Assembly (NCBI GenBank): GCA_051294905.1
Contig: CM119379.1
Span: 26,846,001-26,910,000, forward strand
Length of the DNA: 64,000 nucleotides
Source: Botryllus schlosseri
Lineage: Eukaryota
Direction: 5' to 3'
Of this stretch, positions 1 to 12,277 are shown one piece after another. The translations under genes and the position numbers were made by a program. Positions within the stretch are counted from its first letter, which is position 1; every line of letters starts with the position of its first letter. A model generated the notes under the pieces. That model had not been told where the DNA came from. It did not search any database and saw only the letters and a list, made by a program, of their open reading frames with translations.

Positions 1-318
1 CAACCTGCATTTCGCTTGTGTCGTAGATTTTGCGCTCTCGGCGAACTTATCATTTGACATTTTACAGCTTGTAGCCTACTCTATAGGCCTAACGTTGTAG
101 ACGGCCCATTGTCTGCTCATTGCGAATCAGAAACATTCAAATGAAACAAATAGGTTGACAATGTGTTGTATCCAACGTACCGCGATATCCCAACTGAATC
201 AAGACTGCGTGGGCATTGCATGGTTCTTATATCAAGAAGCGCATGATGAAAAACTGTGATGTAGACACCATTGCCAGAATGAAGCAACACGGCTTGTCAC
301 GAGCAGATGTGCGCACAA

Positions 319-655
319 CTTCAGTGTTGTCAGCCAACAACTGCTGCTGTTGAACGTTCTTTCTCCATTATTGGCAAGCTACTCAGTAAGGACAGACACT
401 TTCTACCGAGAATGTAGGAAAGTATCTTTCGTTGTGCTACAAAATTTTTCAACTATTTCTACCATAATGTGTAATGTAACTACTGGAATTCTTCATAGGG
501 TCAGATTTCGTTGAGATAAAAATTTCCATGTAAAATTTTATCAGTTTTTGAGGCAAAAAAGTTTTTTTTTTCTGGCAAAACTACTTCGTAAGGACAAACA
601 GTTCCAACCAGAAATGAAGATAAGTAGTACAATTCTAACATTATGTGGGAAAACA
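319..655 (+). pseudogene. Two degraded fragments of a hAT transposase C-terminal dimerisation region, inside a transglutaminase intron
   Basis: 319-408 reads LQCCQPTTAAVERSFSIIGKLLSKDRHFLP, then a frameshift into ENVGKYLSLCY. 572-616 reads LAKLLRKDKQFQPE. The xERSFS motif is the hAT dimerisation-domain signature. Confidence 0.6.
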
Positions 656-813
656 CCTAATTTGCATACGTTAGGTCAAATTTGGACAAAATTAAGATTT
701 TTAAGGTAAAAAATGTCAAAATATTGATATTTTAGGTAAAAAAAAATCGCCCTACTGATAGGTGATGGTGGTAAAAATGATGACTATAAATCCGAGCTCA
801 CGCGATTTTACAG

Positions 814-3000
814 GCGTCACGAAAGAGGTTCCAGTGTCTTTTGCTAGCTACAACGGAAAGCTGGTCGATCACAACGCCATGCGATTCCTGGCCGTGGCTT
901 CCGTGAAGGAAACCAAGAAAATGTTCTCGGAAGACTTGGAATTCAGGCTGGAGAACAAAGACTGCGTAGATATAGAGGTGCGACTACATTTGCAACTCGT
1001 GAATTACCGATTATGTGTAGCTTTTGGCACAGTGATTCGAGTACTCTTTATCAGAATCGAGTCTTACTTCTCACATGGCCATGGCCATGCTTCCAATGAT
1101 TCGAATCGAATAGTGAGAGATGTGTTTTGGGGATACTGATATTATTCGCGCCTTGCCGCTAAGGGTTAATTTATATACTAAAATGATAGTTTTAATAATA
1201 TATTCCACTAAAGAAAACTTGAAACATCGAATGGTCTTATCGCAGCATTCGAAACATGTAGTACAAAGCTGCGCATGCGCATGTTAGCGGATATGACATA
1301 TCTGAGACGTCGTGATCAACCCACGGCATTGTCACAAATTGCAATGAAATAGGCATGGTCGCGTGTAAGGTCCTTGTCACGGTGGATATTATTTTCTTGA
1401 TGGCTCACTCGCCACTTGGACTGCTTTGGAGCGCACGTGCACTCATTTCGTGAGCGACGCGGTGAAAGTAGCCAGCTTTGTTTTGTTGTTGTTGGTCTGT
1501 TCATTTATTGTTTATTTACCGGAGTATTTGGTCTTACCAGGATATTACCAGCAATTTTTCAACGGTATTTTAATAGGATATTCATCCATTTGGAGTTCTT
1601 GTTTCGTACCAGTTGAGAGAGGAGATCCAGAGCCAGCCTACTCCAATCACATTCTTCATAAGTCTCTACTTGGAGACGACAGTCCTATTTGAACTTCCCA
1701 CGTTTTCCATACCGTCCTGTCATTATGATAAGTGATACTCGACTGGACCCGAAAGCGATTCGATTCAGAATCGAATCACCGAGGTGCTCAATTTTGCCAA
1801 ACCCTAATTGTATCACTCGCAGTCCGTTGAATAATCTCGACTGTCTTCAGGTGCAAGGAGATGAAGCCCTTCAAGTCGGCAAGAAATCGAACGTTGTCGT
1901 CAAATTCACGAACCCGCTCCCGATCAAACTCACTCACGTGACCATCACGCTAGAGGGCGCCGGGCTTACTAACCCAGTCACTCATAAGATGTAAGTTTTG
2001 GGTTAGTCGATGACTAGTAAATTGTATAGGCCCGCTTGAATAGCGATAACGAAGTAGGCTACCTCAGCTCAAACGGGACTCGCCTAGACTTACTCAAATT
2101 GTTATGATTTTAGACATCTTCCACGAAGATACTCCTTGCAATTCATAACACCCACCACCGATGAACTGTTGAAAGTACGCAACCTCATGCCGGAATATAC
2201 TTTCTGAAACCACTACCGTCGTTATTTTTTCGGCAAAACTAGGCCTAGATGTTTTTTCACTTGCAAATCGCTATTTCTACTTGTACTAGAGTAGAAATTT
2301 ACGACGTTACACTACTTCTACTTGGGCACCAACGATGGCTACTTTGACGCTGTAATCTATTTTCTGGTTCTACGGGAAATGCTACAGGGTAACTGTATAG
2401 TGCGAAACGTGTCTAGTTTGACGTAGAGGCATATTCATACTCACGCATTTGAAAATGAACTCTGATTTGTTATGAAGTGAACATGATTTTTGTTGTTTTC
2501 TTTCTAGTTCTGAATTGAAATGAATTTTCAAGTTTTTTGAAATTCCAACTAAAAAATGTGTATCTATCAATCTCATTCTAATCAAATTAGGAAAAACTGA
2601 ACATTTTCTCGTCGTCCGACTTTGACGGGTTTTGCGTTGGTCTGCGACCCGTTAATTGTAGGCCTTGACTGAGTATATATATTTTTCCAGGGGCGTGGTA
2701 CTGCCCAACGCCAAGGCTGAGTCGATTTTCTCCCTTACTCCAAAGAGGGCTGGACAGTACCGATTGCTGATCGCTGACGTGGACTCTCGGCAAGTCCAGG
2801 ACTTGAAGCAGAGCCAATACATCCAAGTGGATTATGCGCCTGAGCCTGCGCCGGAGTCGACTCCGGAACTGGCAAAAGAAAGCGACACTCCGGCTGAAGA
2901 GGCGAAGGAGGAAGAGAAACCGGCAGAAGACAAAGCAGACCAAAATGAATCCGAAGCGACAGAATCCAAACCGCAAGATAGTTCTACACCAACGCCGTAG
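814..3000 (+). CDS. Transglutaminase (protein-glutamine gamma-glutamyltransferase family), 3' end only; exons 814-977, 1851-1990, 2691-3000; 5' exons lie upstream of the window
   Basis: Spliced product: ...VTKEVPVSFASYNGKLVDHNAMRFLAVASVKETKKMFSEDLEFRLENKDCVDIE|VQGDEALQVGKKSNVVVKFTNPLPIKLTHVTITLEGAGLTNPVTHK|MGVVLPNAKAESIFSLTPKRAGQYRLLIADVDSRQVQDLK.... This matches the two C-terminal Ig-like beta-barrels of transglutaminases (FTNPL..LEGAGL). All junctions are GT-AG with compatible phases (0 and 2). AATAAA at about 3169. The acceptor at 813/814 is my preferred choice; 761/762 is an alternative. Confidence 0.9.
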
Positions 3001-4582
3001 AAGCTATATCAGAATGGACACTTGGTTTAGATGTAAGCACTACACGGTGACGTCATGAGAGGATACGCATACTATATTGAACTCTGCCGCCGTTCTTAGT
3101 CTAGCAATGTAACTTTCTCTCGAGTATATTATGATGATGTGACATCCCTTCCGCCTTGTTGAGCTGGCAATAAAACCTGAGTGACCGGTAGTATATTTTT
3201 CAATCGCATTAAATCTGTATCAATATCGGACTCGCCTTGTGGTGTTCTATCGTGTGAGTAGACAGGTTTACCATCGGTACAGGAGTTGAAAGTATCAGGC
3301 GAACGCGTATAAGCCAGTTCCACTCGATGAATTGATATCCTGCAGCCTACCACAAAACTTTGAGGTGGTGCTCGTTGTGTGAGTTGACAGGCTTATGCTA
3401 CTAATGGCAGAGGAGTTAGAAGTATCAGATTAAAGCGTATAAGGATAAGTCATTACATTTTGAAGTAATATTTGACTTTATTCCATTCACAACTCCAGCA
3501 AACTAAAGATCGCTATCCATCGAGGATTTCTGGAGTTTGTTCCACATTTCATCATCAATATAATATCAGCGACTCAAACTCTCTTCGATTCGAAATTTTT
3601 CCTCCTCCTCCGATAAAGTAGAAAGCTGTGAATCCAACCACCATCCCACCCCGCCCTTTGTCTCACCAAAAGCTGATGAATTCCCCTTGGAATGATCTCA
3701 GTTGCCACTGTAAAATACCTCACTATGTAGTTGATGATCCTCGACACAACAATGACTACAGAGAGCCACGGCGGCTACCGTAGTTACCCGGGAACCGCGA
3801 ACAGTGCCACAGAACAGCTCGGATATATACGATTCATAAAATTCACCCCCATAAAAATACGCTGGTCCGGGGCCCCATAGGTTATTCACCCAAATCTCTG
3901 GGGATTTGCCATCGTAGACCACCCTGCCTTCTACGTATCATTTCATCGATACCTCTGTACATAGCATTCGCAATATCCGTGGCATATAGGCCACACACAC
4001 ACAAACAAACAAATTTTATTTTACGTTAGCCCCCTTTAATTGGGGGGGGGGGAGGGTGCGCCTGTTACGGTGATGGGTAAAGGTGTTGCAGCAGAACAGC
4101 CATCATTTCTAAAAATTCGGCCAAATCATGGTGCGGATCATCGCGCACTGGTTCGTTGTGACACGCACGGCAAAAGCCGAATGATCCTAAGTAGACAAAA
4201 GACGCTAGATAGTTAGCAGACAAAACATCAACTGCACATTATCCGAAAAGACGTTATCGCAGCTGATGACGTCACGTCTATGTGAACTAAAAGATATGAT
4301 GCGTGATTAGATGAATCTCTTCCGAGATAATCTAGGGGGAAGTCAGCAAAACATCTACCTATATCCGACGAAACGCCAGAAATCGTGTTTCTTTTGATAA
4401 TCTCACTATTCCGCACCACAAGAATCGTAAATATTTCTGGTGATGACGTCAGATGCCCGATCACGATCTTAAGTATGAAGGATGAACGTGAACTTATACT
4501 TTATAAGAAAACAGTTTCTTACAACTGCGCTCTTGTCGGTGCGAGTTTCATGTCCAGTCCATCCTCAAGATTACCGGACCAC

Positions 4583-4833
4583 GACTGACCTATCGATCTC
4601 GCTTCCCATGACATGCTGCCCTATTTCTTGTCGCTTTCTTTTTCTATACTATCTTCTTTACTTTCATTCAGTGTGCAGTGCATGCCGCCTCTTTACATCG
4701 CCTAGGCCAAGGTGAGTGTCTGATTCCATAGACAACTCCTAGTCGCTTCGACATCTTCCTTTCTCTTCATTGTATCGCATTTTTTGTGGCGTATTGAACT
4801 GATAAAATTGCTAATAAACCAATGATGATGATG
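4583..4833 (+). mobile_element. ~250-bp retroposon-like repeat ending AATAAACCA(ATG)n, copy 1
   Basis: Highly similar by eye (about 90%) to 12029-12277, with the same 5' start and a polyA signal plus (ATG)n tail. Confidence 0.7.
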
Positions 4834-4898
4834 TCTTGTCATGGGGCAATTTTTCATCAACAGCCTTCATCAATCATCCACTATAGCTGCGTTGCAGC

Positions 4899-5329
4899 CA
4901 GACTTGGGCAAAATTTAACTCGCGAAATGCCGGTGAACTACTTCTAATTTAATTTGTGAAATATTTCTATGCTCACATTTCAACTAATCGAATTTCTGGT
5001 TTTTCTGAAAATGCTACCATCAGGAGAACTGCTTAGTGCGAAGCTTTGTACAGAAGCAGTGTACACTGTACGGTGTACATTGTACAAACATAGCAATTTA
5101 CAACGTAGCTACGTTGTAAATTGCTATGGTACAACTGTACGTACACGTACGTACAGTACATAGGCTACACTTGCAATTCTCATGCCTCTGATTTGATATG
5201 AACTGAACTGAACTTTTTTATTTCTTCCTATTTCTGAATTTGATTTGATTTCAAAGACGTTGCGAATACAGTAGATTTAATTCTAATCCAAGTTGAAAAA
5301 ACTGAACATTTTCTAGTTTTCCAACTCTG
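4899..5329 (-). mobile_element. hAT-like MITE of the 'AATTAGA' family, full-length copy
   Basis: Ends CAGACTTGGGCAA and CTAGTTTTCCAACTCTG form imperfect TIRs (consensus CAGASTTGGACAACTAGAWAATT). The body aligns with about 10 other copies in the window. Confidence 0.65.
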
Positions 5330-5728
5330 GGTACGGTTTAACCTTTGAAAGTTTAAAAGTTGTTTTATATGTCTTAGGTGCAGTCAATATTACAGTGAGT
5401 GCATTGCTAGGGTGAAGGAGATAGGACATCATTGGCCGTTTTTGAGCCTTCGAACTTAGTTCAACCTAATGGAACTAATTCCGTTTGGTCTTGAAGGTGA
5501 CACTCATATACTATATACAATCTCTCAGATGAAGACCGGCATTGAAGTAGTCACTGAGCTAGACTGTACCTGTACATCTCGCATATTACTAAATCGTCAA
5601 ACCGTAGTAAATCATGTAGACAGTAATACCTGATCACAGAACATCTGATATCAAACTCGGTTTTCGATAAAGGTTAATCGACGTGAGAGTTTTGGTATAA
5701 TATTCGAAAAGACTGCATCACTACCGTA

Positions 5729-5817
5729 CCTTCGATAGCTCAGTTGGTAGAGCGGTGGACTGTAGTGCTCACGGTGCGGTAATCCATAGGTCGCTGGTTC
5801 GAATCCGGCTCGAAGGA
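5729..5817 (+). tRNA. trnY-GTA: tRNA-Tyr (GTA) with a 16-nt intron at 5766-5781
   Basis: CCTTCGATAGCTCAGTTGGTAGAGCGGTGGACTGTAG [TGCTCACGGTGCGGTA] ATCCATAGGTCGCTGGTTCGAATCCGGCTCGAAGGA. 37+36 = 73-nt mature tRNA, canonical intron after position 37, intact A and B boxes, and T-runs immediately downstream (Pol III terminator). Confidence 0.97.
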
Positions 5818-6457
5818 CATTTTATTTTTTGTTTCTAAATTTTCGTGGTTTTCAGTTCAATTGTGTACGTTGTAATACAACTTTACGCATCAAAATATTT
5901 GCACTAGTATGCGGTTTGGCATACCATTACTTGCATTTTTTATAAATTCATTAGCAATGCTGATCTATTATTTCGACGCTCATTAAGACTGCATAGTGAA
6001 GGTTCTAAATATAGTCTTACTTATCCCAATAGTGTCACAGTTTTCAGTACCTACCATCGCCGTCAGCGATATCGCATTAAAAACCTCAATTATAATCGTA
6101 ACCTTTAGCTCTCATTGAAATCGCCTGAACGACCATTAAAAAGAACATAATCTCTGACGTCTGACTCGATTGGACTTGTTCTGGAATATTCTGTAAAAAC
6201 ATAAGCCTACTTATGACCAGCAGAGACGGAAAATTCTCTCGGTGAAGGTACATCAGTAATAACTCCCAAATTGATGAGACGAAAATGTATAAATGTCAGC
6301 TATTTGCTGTTACTGAGCAGAGAAATTGTAACTACTGTACAACCCGTCCGATATCGGATTTTTGAGCCAATACCGATGATACCGATACCTATAGCCCCCT
6401 TCACCAATAATCTCGATATATTTAACCGACATTAAAAAGACATATCTAGTTCAGAGA

Positions 6458-7118
6458 CAGCCAACCCGTGGCCCGCGAGAAGATTTTAGGTGACTCGCGA
6501 GATAATTCGCGAAATTAGTTATAATATCAAATAATAAATTACTCAGGTAATTTACTGTGAACTTCAAAGACCAACCAAAAATTTGATTAGCCTGATCGCG
6601 AAATTTGGGATGTTTATGACCCAAATACCAGTTCCGACGCGTTGGCTTGGCCAGCAACATTTTTCGTGGATGATCTATATGACCGTAAAGTAGAATATCT
6701 CGTGGTAGATTTATTCGACTTGATATTTTTCTTTGCACTTCGCATGATTTATTATCACTCATTTTCTTGCTTTTAGTACTCCATCCTGAATATACAAATA
6801 CACCAAACTTAATCCACTATTTTGGCAATATGAGAGAACGTGTCGTATTACATCCGACTTCGCGTCTGCACTCGCAGAAAGATGGTCGGCAATGAAACCT
6901 TGGCACAAAATGACAGACGCTCCTTCACCGAAATTGTCTATATTAATATCTTCGAATAATCCTGTGATTGATAAATGAGCCCAGTTGTATACAGAGGCGA
7001 CCCGCAATATATTCAAGTGACATTAGTATTGAGAGAACTCATTCATAAACTTTAGAAAAAACTTCAGACAGTTTATTTGAACAGCTTTGCAGTCATTGTG
7101 CTGCTTGGAAAAGGTTGC
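6458..7118 (+). mobile_element. Old copy of the hAT (Charlie-like) non-autonomous element seen at 37090-37799, in the opposite orientation
   Basis: 6458 CAGAGACAGCCAACCCGTGGCCCGCGAGAAG matches the reverse complement of 37765-37799. Internal 6770-7010 aligns with the reverse complement of 37215-37450. The far end is degraded. Confidence 0.6.
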
Positions 7119-8938
7119 ATCTAAACATCTGCCTACTTCTACTCATCAGAGTACTCGAGTAGTTTTTACCTACTTGAACTAGTTACTCAGGTCTAATTAT
7201 GATTTTGGACCACTTCTACTTCTAGTAAACAGTTTTCAGTCTTCCAGGCTAAACTACGGCTGTTATACTTACTCACTTACCTACTCGGAAATAGCTACTT
7301 CTACTTGTACATTACTTGAGTAGAAATTTACAACGCTACTTTTACATCTACCCAAGTACTAAGTATACTACTAAGACCACATCCTCCTGTAGGCAATAAG
7401 AATTGTATCTATATTCCCAGTCTAGCAAATTATAGGTCCGCGACTCCATACTACAATGTTGTGACGCCATGAAAATGGCCGATACCGATATTTCTTTCAA
7501 CGTGTGATATCGACTCGATATTATCGGCGAACGCACAATCGACCGGGCACTTACTGTAACCGCTAATCATTCAATAATATCATAATTGGTTGCGACTGAT
7601 AGTGTCAGAAAATCTTCCCGTTCCATAATCAGCCTGGAGTCAATGAGATGTAATAGTATTCCTGTTTCTTCTTACCAAGATGACCGCGCGAAATATAGTG
7701 ATCTCGGGCTTTGGTGTTGGCGAATAGTGCGTGTTCTTCGCAACATCGCAGACGACCAGACTACGCATGATTGTAGCTCTGCAGAAATTATTGATAATTG
7801 TATAATTGGAACGTTGCAAAACAAGCTCAGATCGCGTGATTTGATCACATGCCCGACGCGTGGTTACCGCAATTAAAAGCGATGCAATTGCTCGGAAAAT
7901 ATGTTTTGTTTCAAATGAGAGTTCCATTCTGAGCGACTATACATTTTCCATAACCAGAGGTGTTCGGTTTGGAAGTATTTCCACACTTTTTCGGAGCATA
8001 CACAAGTAAGTTTTCCCTATACTTGCACTATATACACATAAGACATAACTCTTTCAAGTTATGTTGATTGACTACTTCCACTTGTACACTTTTAAGGCAA
8101 AGACTGCTTACTTCCTAAAATATAGATTTGCGATATGTTGCCATCATTGTTATAAAGACTGAGTGAAATATATCCAGTAATGCGGTAACTGAATACATTT
8201 TCCAAAAGTGCACCCATTTGTAGTGTCAATATAGTCCTTTTGCGTTTGTTGTGAACACGTATCTTGCAATTTTGAAAGTCACCTTCGATTAGCTGATAAA
8301 AGTGCGTGAATGAACCCGAAACCAAATTCACTTTTTGAAACTTTCTGACTTGAATACTGTTCAAATCTTCGTTTTCTACTTTCAAGTCGCTTTGACATGT
8401 TGTGGAAATCATTGGATCTTCTTCTAATCGAGTACGTAGGGCGTTACTACTTCTTTTACTTGAGTAGCAACGATGACCGAAATATACTCAACAAACTCTC
8501 ATTACGTAAAAGTAGATTTTTCTTTTCCTGAGAAAATCTGTACGATACGCCACACCACATATTATACGATACACCACGCGATTGACGAGTAAATGTGCCG
8601 TGACATTGGTTCAACATTGGTTTTTGAAGAGTCTGTTATTATGTCGAGAGTTTTTGGGACTTTGCGGCCGGCTACTTGACTGCAATCCCATAGTTAGCCG
8701 GCTGTTATCCTTTATTAAGAATTCGATTGGTCTGATAATGCCATTCGGCGGTTTGCATTAAGCAATTTTGTCAAATGTCGCACGAAACGCACAGACCTGC
8801 GCACCTTCCGATGGATTATATTTTGAGCCTGTATCGGAAATGATGTTGCTATTAATTACGGGTTCCTGACTTACATTGTTTCTAAACATGTCCGGAAAAT
8901 GCAATTCCAGAATCAAATTACTTGCAAACGCTCTAAAG

Positions 8939-9289
8939 CGGTGGTTCTCAACCTTTACTATCCTGGTGAATCATTACGCTAGTCTGCAAGTCTTCAGAGA
9001 GCCCCAAATTTTCGAATAAGACAAAAGGTTACGGCGTTACACATCTAACACACTATGGAATGAAGGTGCACAAAAGGAGTAGGCTACATCAACAACAGTG
9101 TTACAAAAACAAAACCAGCCGAACAGGGTTCTCACACCAAACAAAAAGATGATAATGAAAATTGACTGCAAATTATCAGGGTGATATCTGCTGCTGCTCA
9201 TGTCGGGTGTGTGTATTGACCTCCAGCAAACGTTGAGAATAGCTCAGCGAATCACCGAGGTTCATGTGAACCCCCCTTAAGAACCACAG
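8939..9289 (+). mobile_element. hAT/Charlie-type MITE
   Basis: TIRs CGGTGGTTCTCAA / TTAAGAACCACAG. Flanking 8-mers CTCTAAAG and TTCTAGAG (6/8, Charlie-type TCTAGA target). Confidence 0.7.
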
Positions 9290-11317
9290 TTCTAGAGTAC
9301 TCGTGATTTTGAACAAACGGATACGCGCATTTTATTAAAAGCACTTGCAATGGAAGCCGATGGCGGCTCATTTGAGAAATCGTAATTCGTAATGAGCGCA
9401 TTTAAACGATCAAATGTGTTATTTTCAAACGTTCATTTTTCAGCTGTTGATGGCGTCGTCGCTCCGAAATTAAATAATTACGCAGCAAAATATTTCACTC
9501 ATCGGGATTGAAAGAGGGCTCACGGTTTGTTTACGAAGAACGACAGCGATTTTAAAATGATTTATATAGTGGAAAATCCCTGGCGAGATAAAACATTGGA
9601 AATGGAGGAATGAAACCTGGCCGATATTCTTTATTATGATTCCTGATCTGTGAACTTTTAGCACGACCAATTATGTCGTGATAGGCTTTTAGCGAAAAGT
9701 ATGTTTAATTGTGTATTCACATCCAAAGGGCAGAAAAGAGTGGTACACGAAAACAGAACCTAACTCAGAATATATATAGCCGTCATAAATCCTACATGCC
9801 TACGTGCATACCTTCCCACGTTCAAACGTGCGTGCATAATTTGGGTTAAAATGTTATACCCTATTTATACCGCGGTTTAAGTCTGAGGTAGGTTGTGGTT
9901 TTGTGAGCCATGGGTGTATTGTATATTCACACCCGTACAACGGGGGTGGTGCACTAGTGGAAATACACTCTTGTCGCTAAGAATATAGGCTTTCATAAGA
10001 CACCGCTCACGCAAATCCTATAGCGAGGCAGAGCCGATATAAACCTCTAGCTCTAGCACTTAGGAAATGTTTCATGAGTTGGAATGGAACACATTGGTGC
10101 TTCAACGGTACGTTATCTCGCCACCGCAGAAACTCGTGAGAAGTAATAATTCGCCGTGAACGGTAACGACTGTTTGATAGATTTGCAAACGTGACAATAG
10201 CAACGTATCGATTACAAATGAATTTCTGCTTATTCGAGGGTGTGAGCGAATAGCCGTACGCCTACCACAGTGGTTCATAAACCTTCACTAGCGTGGCGAA
10301 CGCGAACTGTTACGCTAATCCGCAGGCCTTCAGAGAAATCCAAATTTCGCCAAGTCACAAAACAAAGATCTACGACATTACACATCTAATACTTTGCTAC
10401 AAAATACTGTTGCACCAAATGAACTGGGCAGTGCATCAACAACAGCGTTATAGCAAAGTGTCCTATACGGCGCGGACACAGCCAACGGCTCACTGCATTT
10501 GGGTTACGTCATACTTTCCATTTGACCAAAGGCACCTATACGGCCATTTTTGACAGGCTTGCCGAGCGCTAAATTCAATAAAGCGGGTTTCAATTGAAAG
10601 CTGCTGCTGTTGATTACGAAAATATAAATTTGGTTCTGTTCATGGTCCTGGATCCCTCCAATATCAGCCTAGACATTTGCATTGTGATCGAGTTTTGGCA
10701 TTGTGACGCAAATAGGGTTGCATCTTGGGTGCATGACTGTATGTGTCTTGGCCTCCAGCTGTTCCCGGAGTTCGTGTGAACCCTGGTAAAGAACCACTGG
10801 AGTTATGTCATGATGTGTCCGTGTCTCTAGCACGCTCTTATCATCGGTGTATCCAGCAAGTAACGAATTGATCCGTTTGTTTCTGACAAGCCACAATTTT
10901 CGCAGATACCGTTTTCGTGACAGCCCGTTCGATCTAAATGATAATTCAATCTCAATGACCCATTTGTAGGCTCTTACAGTCAGCTGTTTCGGAGTAAACC
11001 ATATGTGTTTGATGCCAACGATCGGATGCTGTCGGATCTAGTCGTATCGTTATCAATCACACGACAACACCGGAGCAGATTACCTGATATCACAGGAATT
11101 ATTTACTGAGTGTCAGATATCCCGTAAACAGCTACTTCGCATCTTGATACGGGCTACCGAGATATCGTTATCGCAAACGCGATAAGGAATACTTAATTCC
11201 CAATGACATGTTTGACTACTCATCATCCGACAGGTTATTGAGAATCGAGGTTCGGTTCGATGTATCGCAAATTGACGCATAACAAGCTTTCATCTTTCTC
11301 ACGCGAACATACACAGG

Positions 11318-11674
11318 CAGAGTTTGACAACGAGAAAATCTTCCGCTTTTCTAAATTTGATTAGAATTGGGATGACTGAAGTCACAAAAACTTGGAAATA
11401 GAATTAAATTACAAATTAGACATAAATAAAAGAGAAATCAAATTCACTTCATATCAAATCAGATTACTTTCTCGTAAGAATGATAATAGAAAATCACTGT
11501 TCACTAAGATCGGTTCGTTTCGCACTATATACAGTTCACCTGTAGCATTTTCAGGATGGCCAGAAATTAGATTAGAAATAAAATGAGAGCACAAGAAACA
11601 TTACACAAATTAGATTAGAATTAGATTACCGACATTTCGCTCCAATTAGTCAAGTAGTATAGTTGCCTAGTCTG
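11318..11674 (+). mobile_element. 'AATTAGA' family hAT-like MITE, full-length copy
   Basis: Left end CAGAGTTTGACAACGAGAAAAT, right end GTATAGTTGCCTAGTCTG, with internal ATTAGA/AATTAGA repeats. Confidence 0.65.
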
Positions 11675-12028
11675 CTAACAGACAGTGCAGCTTAGAATTG
11701 CGTATTCTTCCATCACGCAGTGACCCGATCACGTCACCGAGCTAGCGGGATGATTTTGCGTTTTCCTGGTGCCGCCAACTTTATGAGTTGTGGTTAAATC
11801 TAGGTAATCACGAGTTGTAATATCATGTTGTGTCGTAGGACTGAGCCCTTACGCTAAAAAACGTGCAAAGCGAAGTGAGCTATTCTCAACAGAAATATTT
11901 CGTGGGATTTAACAGCTCGCGGCGATTGTAAGTGATACAACGCCTTCTCAACATTGTCTATGTGTCAAATCATTTCGTGATAGGCGCTAGATGTCGCGAG
12001 AGAGTCTTTAGAGCACGAATCAACGTAT

Positions 12029-12277
12029 GACTGACCTATAGATCTCGCTTCCCATGACATGCCGCCCTATTTCTTGTCGCATTCTTTTTCTATACTATCT
12101 TCTTTACTTTCATTTAGTGTGCATGCCTCCTCTTTACATCGCCTAGGCCAAGGTGGGTGTCAGATTCCATAGACTACTCCTTGTCGCTTCGACATCTTCC
12201 TGTCTTTTCATTGTATCGCATTTTTTGTGGTGTATTGAACTGATAAAATTGCTAATAAACCAATGATGATGATGATG
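12029..12277 (+). mobile_element. ~250-bp (ATG)n-tailed retroposon-like repeat, copy 2
   Basis: Direct repeat of 4583-4833. Confidence 0.7.

Noticed and set aside
762-813. ORF-track N-terminus MMVVKMMTINPSSRDFT for the 762-1139 ORF
   Set aside because: Most likely intronic read-through. The better acceptor is TTTTACAG at 813, and the ORF tail after 977 is past the GT donor.
2587-3058. ORFs 2587-2976 (-) and 2834-3058 (+)
   Set aside because: Antisense and alternative-frame shadows of the transglutaminase last exon.
3698-3940. Protein-looking minus ORF (VYDGKSPEIWVNNLWGPGPAYFYGGEFYESY...)
   Set aside because: No recognisable family, no convincing splice sites, and no partner exons.
6759-7016. 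Apparent peptide similarity between ORF 6759-7016 (ASVILCQGFIADHLSASADAKS) and ORF 37229-37420 (ASIISCLGFIFDGLTASANAMS)
   Set aside because: Both lie in copies of one transposon. Substitutions in this block fall about equally on codon positions 1, 2 and 3 (5/5/4) and the DNA alignment has a 2-nt indel, so this is neutral DNA similarity rather than protein constraint.
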